A stretch of DNA of 64,000 bases. Origin: Candidatus Methylomirabilia bacterium (lineage in GTDB: Bacteria; Methylomirabilota; Methylomirabilia; Rokubacteriales; CSP1-6). Below are positions 1 through 8,291 of the stretch, one piece after another (position 1 is the first letter of the stretch; every line of letters begins with the position of its first letter). The notes under the pieces are model-generated. The model saw only the letters and a program-made list of their open reading frames with translations, had not been told where the DNA came from and did not search any database. The position numbers and the translations under genes are program-made. The DNA is taken from contig JBGQEL010000013.1 of NCBI GenBank assembly GCA_041496385.1, positions 1-64,000 on the forward strand, read 5' to 3'.

Positions 1-416
1 CGTCCGATCGCGTCGTACTCGAGCTCGTGGACCTTCCTGAGCGTGAACGCGAGCCGCTGCTTGAGCGGCAGCCGCGTGACCACGGAGTCGAGCAACGCGC
101 GCGTCTCGTTGAAGCGCCGCGCCTCTTCGGGCCCGGGGCCGTCGACGTCGGTCGCGACCTCCCGGACCGCCGCGTGGGCCCGGCGTCGCCGCCCCTCGGC
201 GCGGAAATGGTTGCGGGTCAGGTTGGTCGCGATCGCGAAGAGCCACGCCCGGACGTTGGCGTCGGGGGTCAGCCCGTGATACGCGCGATACGCGCGGAGA
301 AACGTCTCCTGGGCGAGATCCTCGGCCTCGATGGCGCGGGTGGTCACCCGGCGGAGGTAGCGATAGATCTCCCCGTGATGCGTGGTCACGATGGCGTCGA
401 ACGGAGACAGGCCCAT
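1..416 (-). CDS. ECF (sigma-70 family) RNA polymerase sigma factor, 3' end outside the window
   Basis: Not in the ORF track. Manual minus-strand translation from ATG 416: MGLSPFDAIVTTHHGEIYRYLRRVTTRAIEAEDLAQETFLRAYR...VRAWLFAIATNLTRNHFR, typical sigma region 2 (AEDLxQETF, WLxxIAxN). Confidence 0.9.
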   Translation of the reverse strand, partial: MGLSPFDAIVTTHHGEIYRYLRRVTTRAIEAEDLAQETFLRAYRAYHGLTPDANVRAWLFAIATNLTRNHFRAEGRRRRAHAAVREVATDVDGPGPEEARRFNETRALLDSVVTRLPLKQRLAFTLRKVHELEYDAIG

Positions 417-468
417 ATGCCCTATGAGACACCGCCCCGGGGCCGGTGTGAAAGGGGGTTCCGGAAGC

Positions 469-903
469 CTAGCGATGCGTGGTGGGGCGCGGCCTGGTCA
501 CGAACGAGAGCTGCCAGTCCTCGTCCTCCCTGCCGTCCAGCGACAACCGCCAGACGTACACGGTATCCGGCTGCAACGGCCAGGGCCCCATGTTCAACGC
601 GAGCGGCACGCTCATGGGGGTCCCCGGCTTCAAGCCCGGCGGCCTGCCGACCTCGAACTCGCCGGCGACCTCGACGGGCTGGTCACCCGTCGGGGTCGGG
701 ACCCGCACGGGGTGGCCGTCCGCGGTGACGAGCGAGAGCTTGAATGCGATCTTCCGGTTGGTCTGGTCCCACGGAACCTGAATGATGCCCGCGATGGCGA
801 ACGGGCCTGGCTCCGGGCTCGTGATCGACCACCCGCCGCCCAGAATGTAGAGCTTGCCGTTCACCTCCTGGGCGGAGTCCGCCAGCATGAGCGTGACCTT
901 CAT
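469..903 (-). CDS. conserved hypothetical protein (DUF6941-like)
   Basis: 144 aa ORF with LADSA...GKLYILGGGW motif; coding-like codon usage. Confidence 0.7.
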   Translation of the reverse strand: MKVTLMLADSAQEVNGKLYILGGGWSITSPEPGPFAIAGIIQVPWDQTNRKIAFKLSLVTADGHPVRVPTPTGDQPVEVAGEFEVGRPPGLKPGTPMSVPLALNMGPWPLQPDTVYVWRLSLDGREDEDWQLSFVTRPRPTTHR

Positions 904-918
904 GGATGTCTTCAGAGT

Positions 919-1080
919 CTAGCGGATGAGACGGAGCTGGGCGAGGACGCTGTACACGATCGTCGTGGCGAAGCTTCGCAGGTCCAGGTCGCCCGTGACG
1001 GGCACGCCGTGGGTGACCAGGTAGAAGATCATCCCGACCTTCAGCAGCCGCGCCAGCCCGGCCCCGTCCCTCCAGTTCAT
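919..1080 (-). CDS. small hypothetical hydrophobic protein (53 aa)
   Basis: Manual translation MNWRDGAGLARLLKVGMIFYLVTHGVPVTGDLDLRSFATTIVYSVLAQLRLIR*; fills the gap between aroK and the DUF6941-like gene; GC3-rich codons; below the ORF-track cutoff. Confidence 0.6.
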   Translation of the reverse strand: MNWRDGAGLARLLKVGMIFYLVTHGVPVTGDLDLRSFATTIVYSVLAQLRLIR

Positions 1081-1111
1081 GAGGATGAGACGGGGGGCGC
1101 CGGGGGGGCGT

Positions 1112-1630
1112 TTACCCGAGCAGCTTCATCAGCTCCTCGAGCGCCTCGTCGGGCGTCCGGCCCAGATCGGTCCGGTAGACGAGATCGGCCGCGCGCCGGT
1201 AGCGGTCGGCGGACGCGGACCAGATACGCGCGAGATCCTCCTCGAGGGAGACGTCGGCGTTGACCCGCGGCCGGTCGGCGAGCCGCACGCGATCGGCGAG
1301 CGCCGCGAGCCCGGCCTCGAGCAGCACGACGACGCCCGTCCCGCGCAGGACGTCGAGGTTCCACGCGTAGCGCACGGTGCCCCCGCCGAGGGCGCAGACG
1401 GTGCCCCGGAGTCCGGCGAAGCGCTTGCAGATCTCGTACTCGCGCTCGCGGAACGCGAGCCAGCCCTGCTCCCGGACGAGGTCGTGGAAGCTCCGGCCGA
1501 GCCCGCGGTCGATCTCACGGTCGAGGTCGTGGAACGGGCGGCCGAGCCGCGCGGCGAGACGCTCGCCCAGCGTGGTCTTGCCGCTCCCGATCATTCCGCA
1601 GAGATAGATGTTAGGCGCGGGCTTCGTCAC
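1112..1630 (-). CDS. aroK: shikimate kinase
   Basis: IYLCGMIGSGKTT P-loop, DLD, FREREY, ALGGG, RP motifs. Confidence 0.85.
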   Translation of the reverse strand: MTKPAPNIYLCGMIGSGKTTLGERLAARLGRPFHDLDREIDRGLGRSFHDLVREQGWLAFREREYEICKRFAGLRGTVCALGGGTVRYAWNLDVLRGTGVVVLLEAGLAALADRVRLADRPRVNADVSLEEDLARIWSASADRYRRAADLVYRTDLGRTPDEALEELMKLLG

Positions 1631-2546
1631 GCGCGGCGCGGATCAGCTCGGGGAAGGCGTACGTCGAGAGCGCGCAGCCGGGCGCCAGGAAGAGCTTGTC
1701 CTTGCCCGCGTGCGACACCGCGTCACGGATCTCCTTCCGGATCGCCGCGGCCGGCGAGTACGCGAAGCCGCCGTGGGCGATTCCGCCCATGAGCGCGCGG
1801 GGCGTCAGCCGCCGCGCCTCGGCGAGCGACGGCCCGCCCTCCCGGTCGCCCCAGGAAAGCGCGTGGCATGGATAGTCGAGCAGGTCGGGGAAGTAGAGCC
1901 GGGCGCCGTGCGCGTGCAGCACGTGGAACTCGCCGCGGGTCCGCACCGCCTCGAGCAGCGTGAGGTCGAAGGGGCGCATGAAGCGCTCGTACTGGTCGCG
2001 CGTGACGAACTCCGCGGACGCGGGCACGGAGAAGAAGATGCCCGCCGCGCCGCGGTCGAGGCTCGCCAGGGCGTAGAGGATGAGATTTTGATTGACGACG
2101 TCGAGCGCCCGCTCGAGCTCGCGCGGGTGCTCGCGCATGAGCGGGCCCATCGCGTCCTTCACGACGTTGCGCCGGAGCGTGTTCCAGGCGTTGAAGAGCG
2201 TGTCGACCACGAGGGTGCGGCCGGCGAGCGCCTTGGCCATGATCTCGATCGCCTGGAGCTGCGCGCCCATCGGGGTGCGCTCCGGCTCGACGGGGCCGAG
2301 CGCCGCGAGATCCTGCGCCCGGGCGAGCGTCTCCACACCCGGCGGCATCGGGTACGAGTAGTCGTTCATCGCCTTGAGCCAGTCGAGGTCGTAGGCCTCG
2401 AAGAACTCGAGATGCGCCTCGGCGGTGCGCGCCGCGGGCGCGTGCTGGAGGCCGAAGTGGTACCAGACGGTGAACGGCGGATGGTCCACGGGCTTGCCCG
2501 CGATGGCGGCGCGCACGCGCTCGAGCTTGGTCATTTCTCGAGCCAT
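1611..2546 (-). CDS. uroporphyrinogen decarboxylase (URO-D/MtaA) family protein
   Basis: ERVRAAIAG..VDHPP..WYHF N-terminus, LHAHG, LMGGI, LAPGC. Alternative start ATG 2534. Confidence 0.8.
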   Translation of the reverse strand: MAREMTKLERVRAAIAGKPVDHPPFTVWYHFGLQHAPAARTAEAHLEFFEAYDLDWLKAMNDYSYPMPPGVETLARAQDLAALGPVEPERTPMGAQLQAIEIMAKALAGRTLVVDTLFNAWNTLRRNVVKDAMGPLMREHPRELERALDVVNQNLILYALASLDRGAAGIFFSVPASAEFVTRDQYERFMRPFDLTLLEAVRTRGEFHVLHAHGARLYFPDLLDYPCHALSWGDREGGPSLAEARRLTPRALMGGIAHGGFAYSPAAAIRKEIRDAVSHAGKDKLFLAPGCALSTYAFPELIRAARDEARA

Positions 2547-2591
2547 CTCACCGCTCGGCTCGCCCGTCGACCGGCCTCACCTCGCACTGCC
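2537..2591. repeat. 55-bp gene-junction repeat, copy 1
   Basis: CTCGAGCCATCTCACCGCTCGGCTCGCCCGTCGACCGGCCTCACCTCGCACTGCC; 53/55 identical to 5617-5671. Confidence 0.95.
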
Positions 2592-2963
2592 ATCGCGCGG
2601 CTTCAGCTCGATCATGTAGCCGTCGGGGTCGCGCAGGTAGAGCGAGGGGCCGTCGCCGTAGGCGCCGTAGCGCTGCACGACTGCGCCCTCGAGCGCGACG
2701 CTCCTGGCCGTGAGTGCCTGCGCCACCGCGTCGAGATCGTCGCAGCGGATCGAGAGGCAGAAGTGGTCGAGCCCGCCGCGCGGCTCGCCCTCGGTCGCGG
2801 GCAGGAGGTCGATGAAGTGCTCGCCGAACCGAAGATGGACGAGCGAGATCTTCTCGTTCACCCGGTCGACCGTGCAGCCGAGCACCTCCTCGTAGAAGCG
2901 GCGCGCGCGGGCCTGGTCGCGCACCCGCAGGACGACGTGATCGAATCCGAGCGGTGTGAACAT
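2577..2963 (-). CDS. VOC/glyoxalase family protein
   Basis: FDHVVLRVRD, FYEEVLG, LDHFCL, YLRDPDGYMIEL; SD GAGGGAGG before ATG 2963. Confidence 0.88.
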   Translation of the reverse strand: MFTPLGFDHVVLRVRDQARARRFYEEVLGCTVDRVNEKISLVHLRFGEHFIDLLPATEGEPRGGLDHFCLSIRCDDLDAVAQALTARSVALEGAVVQRYGAYGDGPSLYLRDPDGYMIELKPRDGSAR

Positions 2964-3018
2964 GAGCCCCTCCCTCGCGGCGCCGCCGGCCGGGCGACGT
3001 GAGGCTAGCATACCGCGC

Positions 3019-5571
3019 TCACTCGCGCCGGAGCACCGGGAGCGGCTTGCGCCCGAGGAGGCGGAACGTGCCGAGGAACCCGACGCCGAGCGCCAGCATC
3101 GTGGTCCCCGCGACGCCCCAGGCCAGCGTGTCGGGCTCGAGCGCCCACGGCACGTCCAGGACGAAGCGGAGCACGACCCAGGCGAGCACCGCGGCGAGCG
3201 CCGTCCCGCCGAGGCCGGCCGCGGCGCCGAGGCAGGCGTACTCGACCGCGAACGCGCGCGCGACCGCGCCGCGCGTCGCCCCGAGCGTCCGGAGGATGAC
3301 CGACTCGTAGAGACGCTGGTAGCGGGTGGCCGCGAGCGCGCCCGCCATCACCGTGAGCCCGGCGGCGATGCTGAAGAGCGCCATGAAGCGCACGGCGAAG
3401 GCGATCTGGTCGAGCACCCGCGCCACGCGCTCGAGGACGGCCCGCAGGGGGACGGCCGTGACGTTGGGGAACGCGGCGACGACGGAATCTTGAAGGCCCG
3501 TCTCGGCGGCCGCCGGCACGCGCGCGGTCGCGATGTAGGTCGCGGGCGCGGCGTCGAGCGCGCCCGGCGAGAGGATGGCGAAGAAGTTCATCGAGAGACT
3601 CTGCCAGTCCACCTTGCGAAGGCTCATCACCTCGGCGTCGACGGGCACGCCCTGGACGTCGAAGGTGAGGGTCCCGCCCACGTCAACGCCCAGGTATCGC
3701 GCGGCCTCCTCCTCCATGGAGACCCGCGCGCGACGCGTCGCGTCCTCCCGGGTCCACCAGCGGCCGCGCGTGATGCGGTTCGCCGACGGCGGCTCCTCCG
3801 CCTGCGTCAGCACGTACTCGCGCGTGAGATACCAGACCTTGTCGGGCGCCTGCGCCGTCCGCCGATCGATCAGCTCGCGCGTCACGGGGACGCCGTTGAT
3901 CGCGCCGACCCGCGCCCGCACGACGGGGGTGAGGGGCGGCGCCGTTCCCGCGCGCTCGGCGAGCAGCCGTCCGAACGCCGCGCGCTGGTCTCCCTGGACG
4001 TCGATGAAGAAGAAGGACGGCGCCTCGTGCTTCCGCTCCAGCGCGACCTGCCGGCCGAGGTTTCCCTCGAGGAGGGCGATCGCGACGAGCAGCATGACGC
4101 CGAGGCCGAGCGCCACGATGACGCGCGCGGCGTGGCCGCCCGGGCGACGGAGCCCGGCGAGGCCGTGCCGCCACGCGAGCCCGCGCGGCCGCGGGAGCCG
4201 GTGCGCGACGGCGACCACGGCGCGCGCGAGCGCGGCGAGGAGGACGAGCGCGGCGAGGGAGGCGCCGACGAAGATCGCGCCCAGGCGCGGCGAGCCCGCC
4301 TGCCAGAGCGCCAGCGCGGCGAGCCCCGCGACGATCGGGAGCGCGGCGGCCCACGGCCGGCGGGCCTGCCATCCGCCCGCCTCGACGTCCGATCGCAGGA
4401 TGAGCGACGGCGGCACGGCGGCGACCGCGAGGAGCGGCCAGAGCGCGCAGAGGAGCGCGGCCAGCGTGCCCATGAGGACGCCGCGGACGACCGTCGCGCC
4501 GTCGAGCGCGGGGACGAGGGCGAAGGGCGCGAACGGGGCGAGCGCCCGGATCAGCGCGGGCTGGACGAGCACGCCCGCGGCGGCCCCCGCGAGGCTCCCG
4601 GCGATCGCGAGCCCCAGCATCTGGACGAGATAGGTGAGGACGAGCAGCCGGCGCGAGGCGCCGAGACACTTCAGCACGGCGATCGTCGGGAGCTGGCGTC
4701 GCACGAACGTGGCCACCGAGGCCGCGACGCCGATCCCGCCGACGAGGAGGCTCGCCAGGCCAACGAGTCCGAGATAGGACGCGAGCTGGCCGAAGAACCG
4801 GCGCAGGCCCGGCTGCGCGGCGTCGTAGGCCGTGACCCGGACGGACGGATCGGCGACCAGGCGCGCGAGTCGCTCGAGGCCGGCACGCGGCGACGCGCCC
4901 TCCGGCAAGCGCACGAGCGTGCGGTAGCGCACCCGGCTGCCCGTCTGCAAGAGGCCCGTCGTCGCCAGCGCGGGCGCCGCCAGGAGCACGCGCGGACCGA
5001 GGGTGACGAACCCCGTCGCCCGGTCGGGCTCGCGCCGGAGGATGCCGGCGATCGTGAAGCGCCCCCCGCCCAGCAGGAGCGCGTCGCCGACGCCGAGGCC
5101 CAGTCGCTCGAGAAGCTCGGGCGCGACGAGCGCCCCGGCCGCGCCGGCGCGCCCGGCCAGCAGCACGCCGAGCGGCGCCGCCGGCGACGTCTCGACATGG
5201 CCGTAGAGCGGGTAGCCCGCGTCCACCGCCTTCAGCTCGACGAGGAGGCTCGAGCCCCGCGCCGGGTTGCGCGCCATCCCCGCGAGCTCACTCACGACGG
5301 CCGTCGCCGCGCCCTCCCGGCGGAGCCCGTCGAGCGCGCGCTCGGCGTCGGCGCCGAGCGGCTGGGCGGAACGCAGCTCGAGGTCGCCCCCCGTGAGCGC
5401 GCGCGCCTCGCGGCCGAGCGTGGCGTCGAGGTTCGCGGCGAGCGTGCCAACCGAGACGAGGGCGGCGACGCCGAGCGCCACGCAGAGGAAGAACGCCACG
5501 AAGTGGCGCCAGGCGCCGCGCGTCTCGCGCCACGCCATGCGCAGCGCGAAGCGCGCGGGAGTGCCGATCAT
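3019..5571 (-). CDS. ybbP: ABC transporter permease, FtsX-like (YbbP type)
   Basis: 850 aa, two FtsX-like halves (IAVLKCLGA, VILRTLGA), PSFFFIDVQ, VDWQSLSMNFF; tesA-ybbA context. Confidence 0.85.
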   Translation of the reverse strand: MIGTPARFALRMAWRETRGAWRHFVAFFLCVALGVAALVSVGTLAANLDATLGREARALTGGDLELRSAQPLGADAERALDGLRREGAATAVVSELAGMARNPARGSSLLVELKAVDAGYPLYGHVETSPAAPLGVLLAGRAGAAGALVAPELLERLGLGVGDALLLGGGRFTIAGILRREPDRATGFVTLGPRVLLAAPALATTGLLQTGSRVRYRTLVRLPEGASPRAGLERLARLVADPSVRVTAYDAAQPGLRRFFGQLASYLGLVGLASLLVGGIGVAASVATFVRRQLPTIAVLKCLGASRRLLVLTYLVQMLGLAIAGSLAGAAAGVLVQPALIRALAPFAPFALVPALDGATVVRGVLMGTLAALLCALWPLLAVAAVPPSLILRSDVEAGGWQARRPWAAALPIVAGLAALALWQAGSPRLGAIFVGASLAALVLLAALARAVVAVAHRLPRPRGLAWRHGLAGLRRPGGHAARVIVALGLGVMLLVAIALLEGNLGRQVALERKHEAPSFFFIDVQGDQRAAFGRLLAERAGTAPPLTPVVRARVGAINGVPVTRELIDRRTAQAPDKVWYLTREYVLTQAEEPPSANRITRGRWWTREDATRRARVSMEEEAARYLGVDVGGTLTFDVQGVPVDAEVMSLRKVDWQSLSMNFFAILSPGALDAAPATYIATARVPAAAETGLQDSVVAAFPNVTAVPLRAVLERVARVLDQIAFAVRFMALFSIAAGLTVMAGALAATRYQRLYESVILRTLGATRGAVARAFAVEYACLGAAAGLGGTALAAVLAWVVLRFVLDVPWALEPDTLAWGVAGTTMLALGVGFLGTFRLLGRKPLPVLRRE

Positions 5572-5671
5572 CTCACCGCTCGGCTCGCCCGTCGAACGGC
5601 CTCACCTCGCACCGCCCTCGAGCCATCTCACCGCTCGGCTCGCCCGTCGAACGGCCTCACCTCGCACCGCC
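5569..5671. repeat. 55-bp gene-junction repeat, tandem copies 2 (partial, 5569-5616) and 3 (5617-5671)
   Basis: Exact 55-bp period (CATCTCA at 5569 and 5624). Confidence 0.95.
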
Positions 5672-6340
5672 GTTCAGGAGGCGCCCGTCGCGCAGGCGGA
5701 GGACGCGACCGGCGTGGCGCGCGAGCGCCTCGTCGTGCGTCACGAGCAGGAGCGTCGAGCCGCGCTCGCGATTCAGGCGGAGGAGCAGCTCGATGATCTG
5801 GGTCCCCGTCGCGGAGTCGAGGTTGCCCGTCGGCTCGTCGGCCAGCAGGAGCCTCGGGCCGAGCGCCACGGCGCGCGCGAGCGCGACGCGCTGCTGCTCG
5901 CCGCCCGAGAGCTGGGCGGGGTGGTGGTGCGCGCGCGCGGCGAGCCCGACCTCGGCGAGGAGTGTGCGGGCGCGCGCCGGCGCGTCGGGCACGCCGACGA
6001 TCTCGAGCGGCACCGCGACGTTCTCCGCCGCGGTGAGCGACGGGATCAGGTGGAAGGACTGGAAGACGTAGCCGAGCGTCTCCCGGCGAAAGCGCGCCAG
6101 TGCGTCCTCGCCCAGGCGCGTCAGCTCGACCCCCGCGACCTCGATCGAGCCGGCGGTGGGCCGGTCGAGGCCGGCGATGAGGCCGAGGAGCGTGGACTTG
6201 CCGCTGCCCGAGGGGCCGGTGACGGCGCACACCTCGCCCGCCGACACGCCGAGCGTCACGCCGTCGAGGATCGTCAGCGCGCGGCCGCCGCTCGGCAGGC
6301 GCATCACGAGGTCGCGGACCTGGACGATCACGAAACTCAT
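5657..6340 (-). CDS. ybbA: ABC transporter ATP-binding protein (YbbA/LolD type)
   Basis: GPSGSGKS, LSGGEQQR, DEPTGNLD, LVTHD. GTG 6331 is a possible true start. Confidence 0.88.
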   Translation of the reverse strand: MSFVIVQVRDLVMRLPSGGRALTILDGVTLGVSAGEVCAVTGPSGSGKSTLLGLIAGLDRPTAGSIEVAGVELTRLGEDALARFRRETLGYVFQSFHLIPSLTAAENVAVPLEIVGVPDAPARARTLLAEVGLAARAHHHPAQLSGGEQQRVALARAVALGPRLLLADEPTGNLDSATGTQIIELLLRLNRERGSTLLLVTHDEALARHAGRVLRLRDGRLLNGGAR

Positions 6341-6354
6341 ACTACACTGCGCGT

Positions 6355-6978
6355 GTGAGGACCCTCGGCGCCGCCCTCCTCGCGACGCTCCTGCTCACTC
6401 CGGCAGACGCGCTCGCGAAACCCGTCGTCGTCACCCTCGGCGACAGCCTCACCGCGGGCCTCGGCGTCGCCGCGGACGAGGCCTATCCGGCGCGGCTCGA
6501 GGCCCGCCTCCGGAGCGCGGGCTACGCATACCGCGTGGTCAACGCGGGTGTCAGCGGCGACACCTCCGCGGGCGGCCTGCGCCGCGTCGACTGGGTCCTG
6601 CGCGCCGAGCCCGAGATCGTCATCGTCGCGCTCGGCGTCAACGACGGCCTCCGCGGCCAGAGCACGCAGGCGATGCGCGCCAACCTCGAGGCCATCGTGA
6701 GCCGGCTGCGCGCGGCGGGCGCGCGCGTGCTGCTCGCGGGGATGCGCCTGCCGCCGAACTACGGCGAAGAATACACGCGCGAGTTCGCCGCGGTGTTTCC
6801 GGACGTCGCGCGGCGCGCGCACGTCCCGTTCGTCGCCTTCCCGCTCGACGTCGTGATCGACCGCCGCCTGGTACAAGCGGACGGGCTCCACCCGAACGCG
6901 GCGGGGCACCAGGCGATCGCCGACCGCCTCTGGCCGCACCTGCGCCCGCTCCTCGCGACATCGTCAGGGGGTAAATAA
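6355..6978 (+). CDS. tesA: SGNH arylesterase / acyl-CoA thioesterase I
   Basis: Signal peptide, GDSL, NAGVSGDT, GVND, DGLHP; divergent from ybbA. Confidence 0.88.
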   Translation: MRTLGAALLATLLLTPADALAKPVVVTLGDSLTAGLGVAADEAYPARLEARLRSAGYAYRVVNAGVSGDTSAGGLRRVDWVLRAEPEIVIVALGVNDGLRGQSTQAMRANLEAIVSRLRAAGARVLLAGMRLPPNYGEEYTREFAAVFPDVARRAHVPFVAFPLDVVIDRRLVQADGLHPNAAGHQAIADRLWPHLRPLLATSSGGK

Positions 6979-7019
6979 GGACCCGGCGCCGCGCGCGCGC
7001 CCGCCGCGCGTCGGCGCGC

Positions 7020-7433
7020 TCAGCAGCAGCCGCCCGCGATCTTCGTCCGCTGGACCAGCTCCAGGCGCGTGTCGTCGGGTCCCTGCAGGAACGCGATCCG
7101 CGGCCCGTTCGGCACCTGGGTCGGCCCCTCGAGGAGCTTCGCGCCGAGCCCCTCGAGCCGCCGGATGTCGGCCTCGATGTCCTCGGAGTCGAAGCCGAAG
7201 TGCTCGAGGCCGAAATGCGCGCGCGCCTCGCCCGGCAGGAGGCGCTCCGCGGTCCGCGCGCCCGAGATGTTGACCGCGATCCCGCCGTCCTCGCTCATGC
7301 AGCGCACGAAGCGGTCGCCGAAGATGCGGGTCTCGTCGTTGACGATGCGGAAGCCGAACGCGGTCGCGTACCAGTCGGCCGTCTTCCGGGGATCGGGCGC
7401 TTTCAGGTGGATGTGATTGATGCGATAGGGCAT
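7020..7433 (-). CDS. VOC family protein
   Basis: INHIHL, LEHFGF, AFLQGPDDTRLELVQ. Confidence 0.85.
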   Translation of the reverse strand: MPYRINHIHLKAPDPRKTADWYATAFGFRIVNDETRIFGDRFVRCMSEDGGIAVNISGARTAERLLPGEARAHFGLEHFGFDSEDIEADIRRLEGLGAKLLEGPTQVPNGPRIAFLQGPDDTRLELVQRTKIAGGCC

Positions 7434-7450
7434 GGGATTCTCTCCGTCGG

Positions 7451-8281
7451 TCAGTGCGCGGATCGGCGCGCGACGACCAGGATGTGGGGTGAGAGGCCGA
7501 GGAGCGTGGGCTCGCGCTCGACGGCGCGCGCCGCCCAGAGCAGGCGCTCGCGCTCCTGGGGATTTCGCCAGCGCGCGTCCAGATCGGGCAGGAGCCAGCC
7601 GGGTCCCTCGACGCCGACGAGCTCGAGGGGCAGGAGGCCCGCGGCGCGCGCCTCGTCCTCGAGCTCTCCCGGCAGATGGAAGTACGCGGTGGTGAAGTAC
7701 GCCTTCGGCGTCGGGTTCCGGTGCTGGCCGTCGACGAGATCGCGCTCGACGATGGCGACGAACTCCGGATCGGCGAGGAGCCCCTCGGCGACGCCGGACA
7801 GGAGCGAGGCGAAGCGCGAGACCCCGGCGGCGAAGACGAGCCCGCCCGGCCTCAGAACCCGCCGGGCCTCGCCGAGCGCGGCCACGCGATCCCCGCGCGC
7901 GGTCAAGTGGTAGAGCGGGCCGAGGAGCAGCACGGCGTCGGCGCTCGCGTCACCCGCCGTGAGCCGCCGGGCGTCCCCGACGCGCGCGCTCGCGAGGGGG
8001 TGCGCGGGCTGGCGCGCCGAGGCGGCGAGGGCCTGCTCGACGTGCAGCGCCAGGCCGTCCACCAGGTGCACCTCGTGACCCTGCGCCGCGAGCCAGCACG
8101 CGTACACGCCGGTGCCGCCGCCCACGTCGAGCACGACCGCGCGCCCGCCCGGCAGGTGCCGCGCGATGAGCTCCTGCGTGCGCGCGCGCTCGATCTGGCC
8201 GTGGCCGCCGAAGAGCCGCCGCGCCTCGCCGCCGCGCGCGTAGTAGCCGGCGACCTCTATCGTGAGGGGCGGCCCGTTCAT
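7451..8281 (-). CDS. class I SAM-dependent methyltransferase
   Basis: VLDVGGGTG, GDAR, DAVLLLGPLYHL, RVLRPGG. Confidence 0.88.
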   Translation of the reverse strand: MNGPPLTIEVAGYYARGGEARRLFGGHGQIERARTQELIARHLPGGRAVVLDVGGGTGVYACWLAAQGHEVHLVDGLALHVEQALAASARQPAHPLASARVGDARRLTAGDASADAVLLLGPLYHLTARGDRVAALGEARRVLRPGGLVFAAGVSRFASLLSGVAEGLLADPEFVAIVERDLVDGQHRNPTPKAYFTTAYFHLPGELEDEARAAGLLPLELVGVEGPGWLLPDLDARWRNPQERERLLWAARAVEREPTLLGLSPHILVVARRSAH

Positions 8282-8291
8282 CGAGCGCTCG

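Noticed and set aside
5569..5671. Tandem 55-bp repeat as a CRISPR array
   Set aside because: Units are directly adjacent with no unique spacers, and there are no cas genes in the window.
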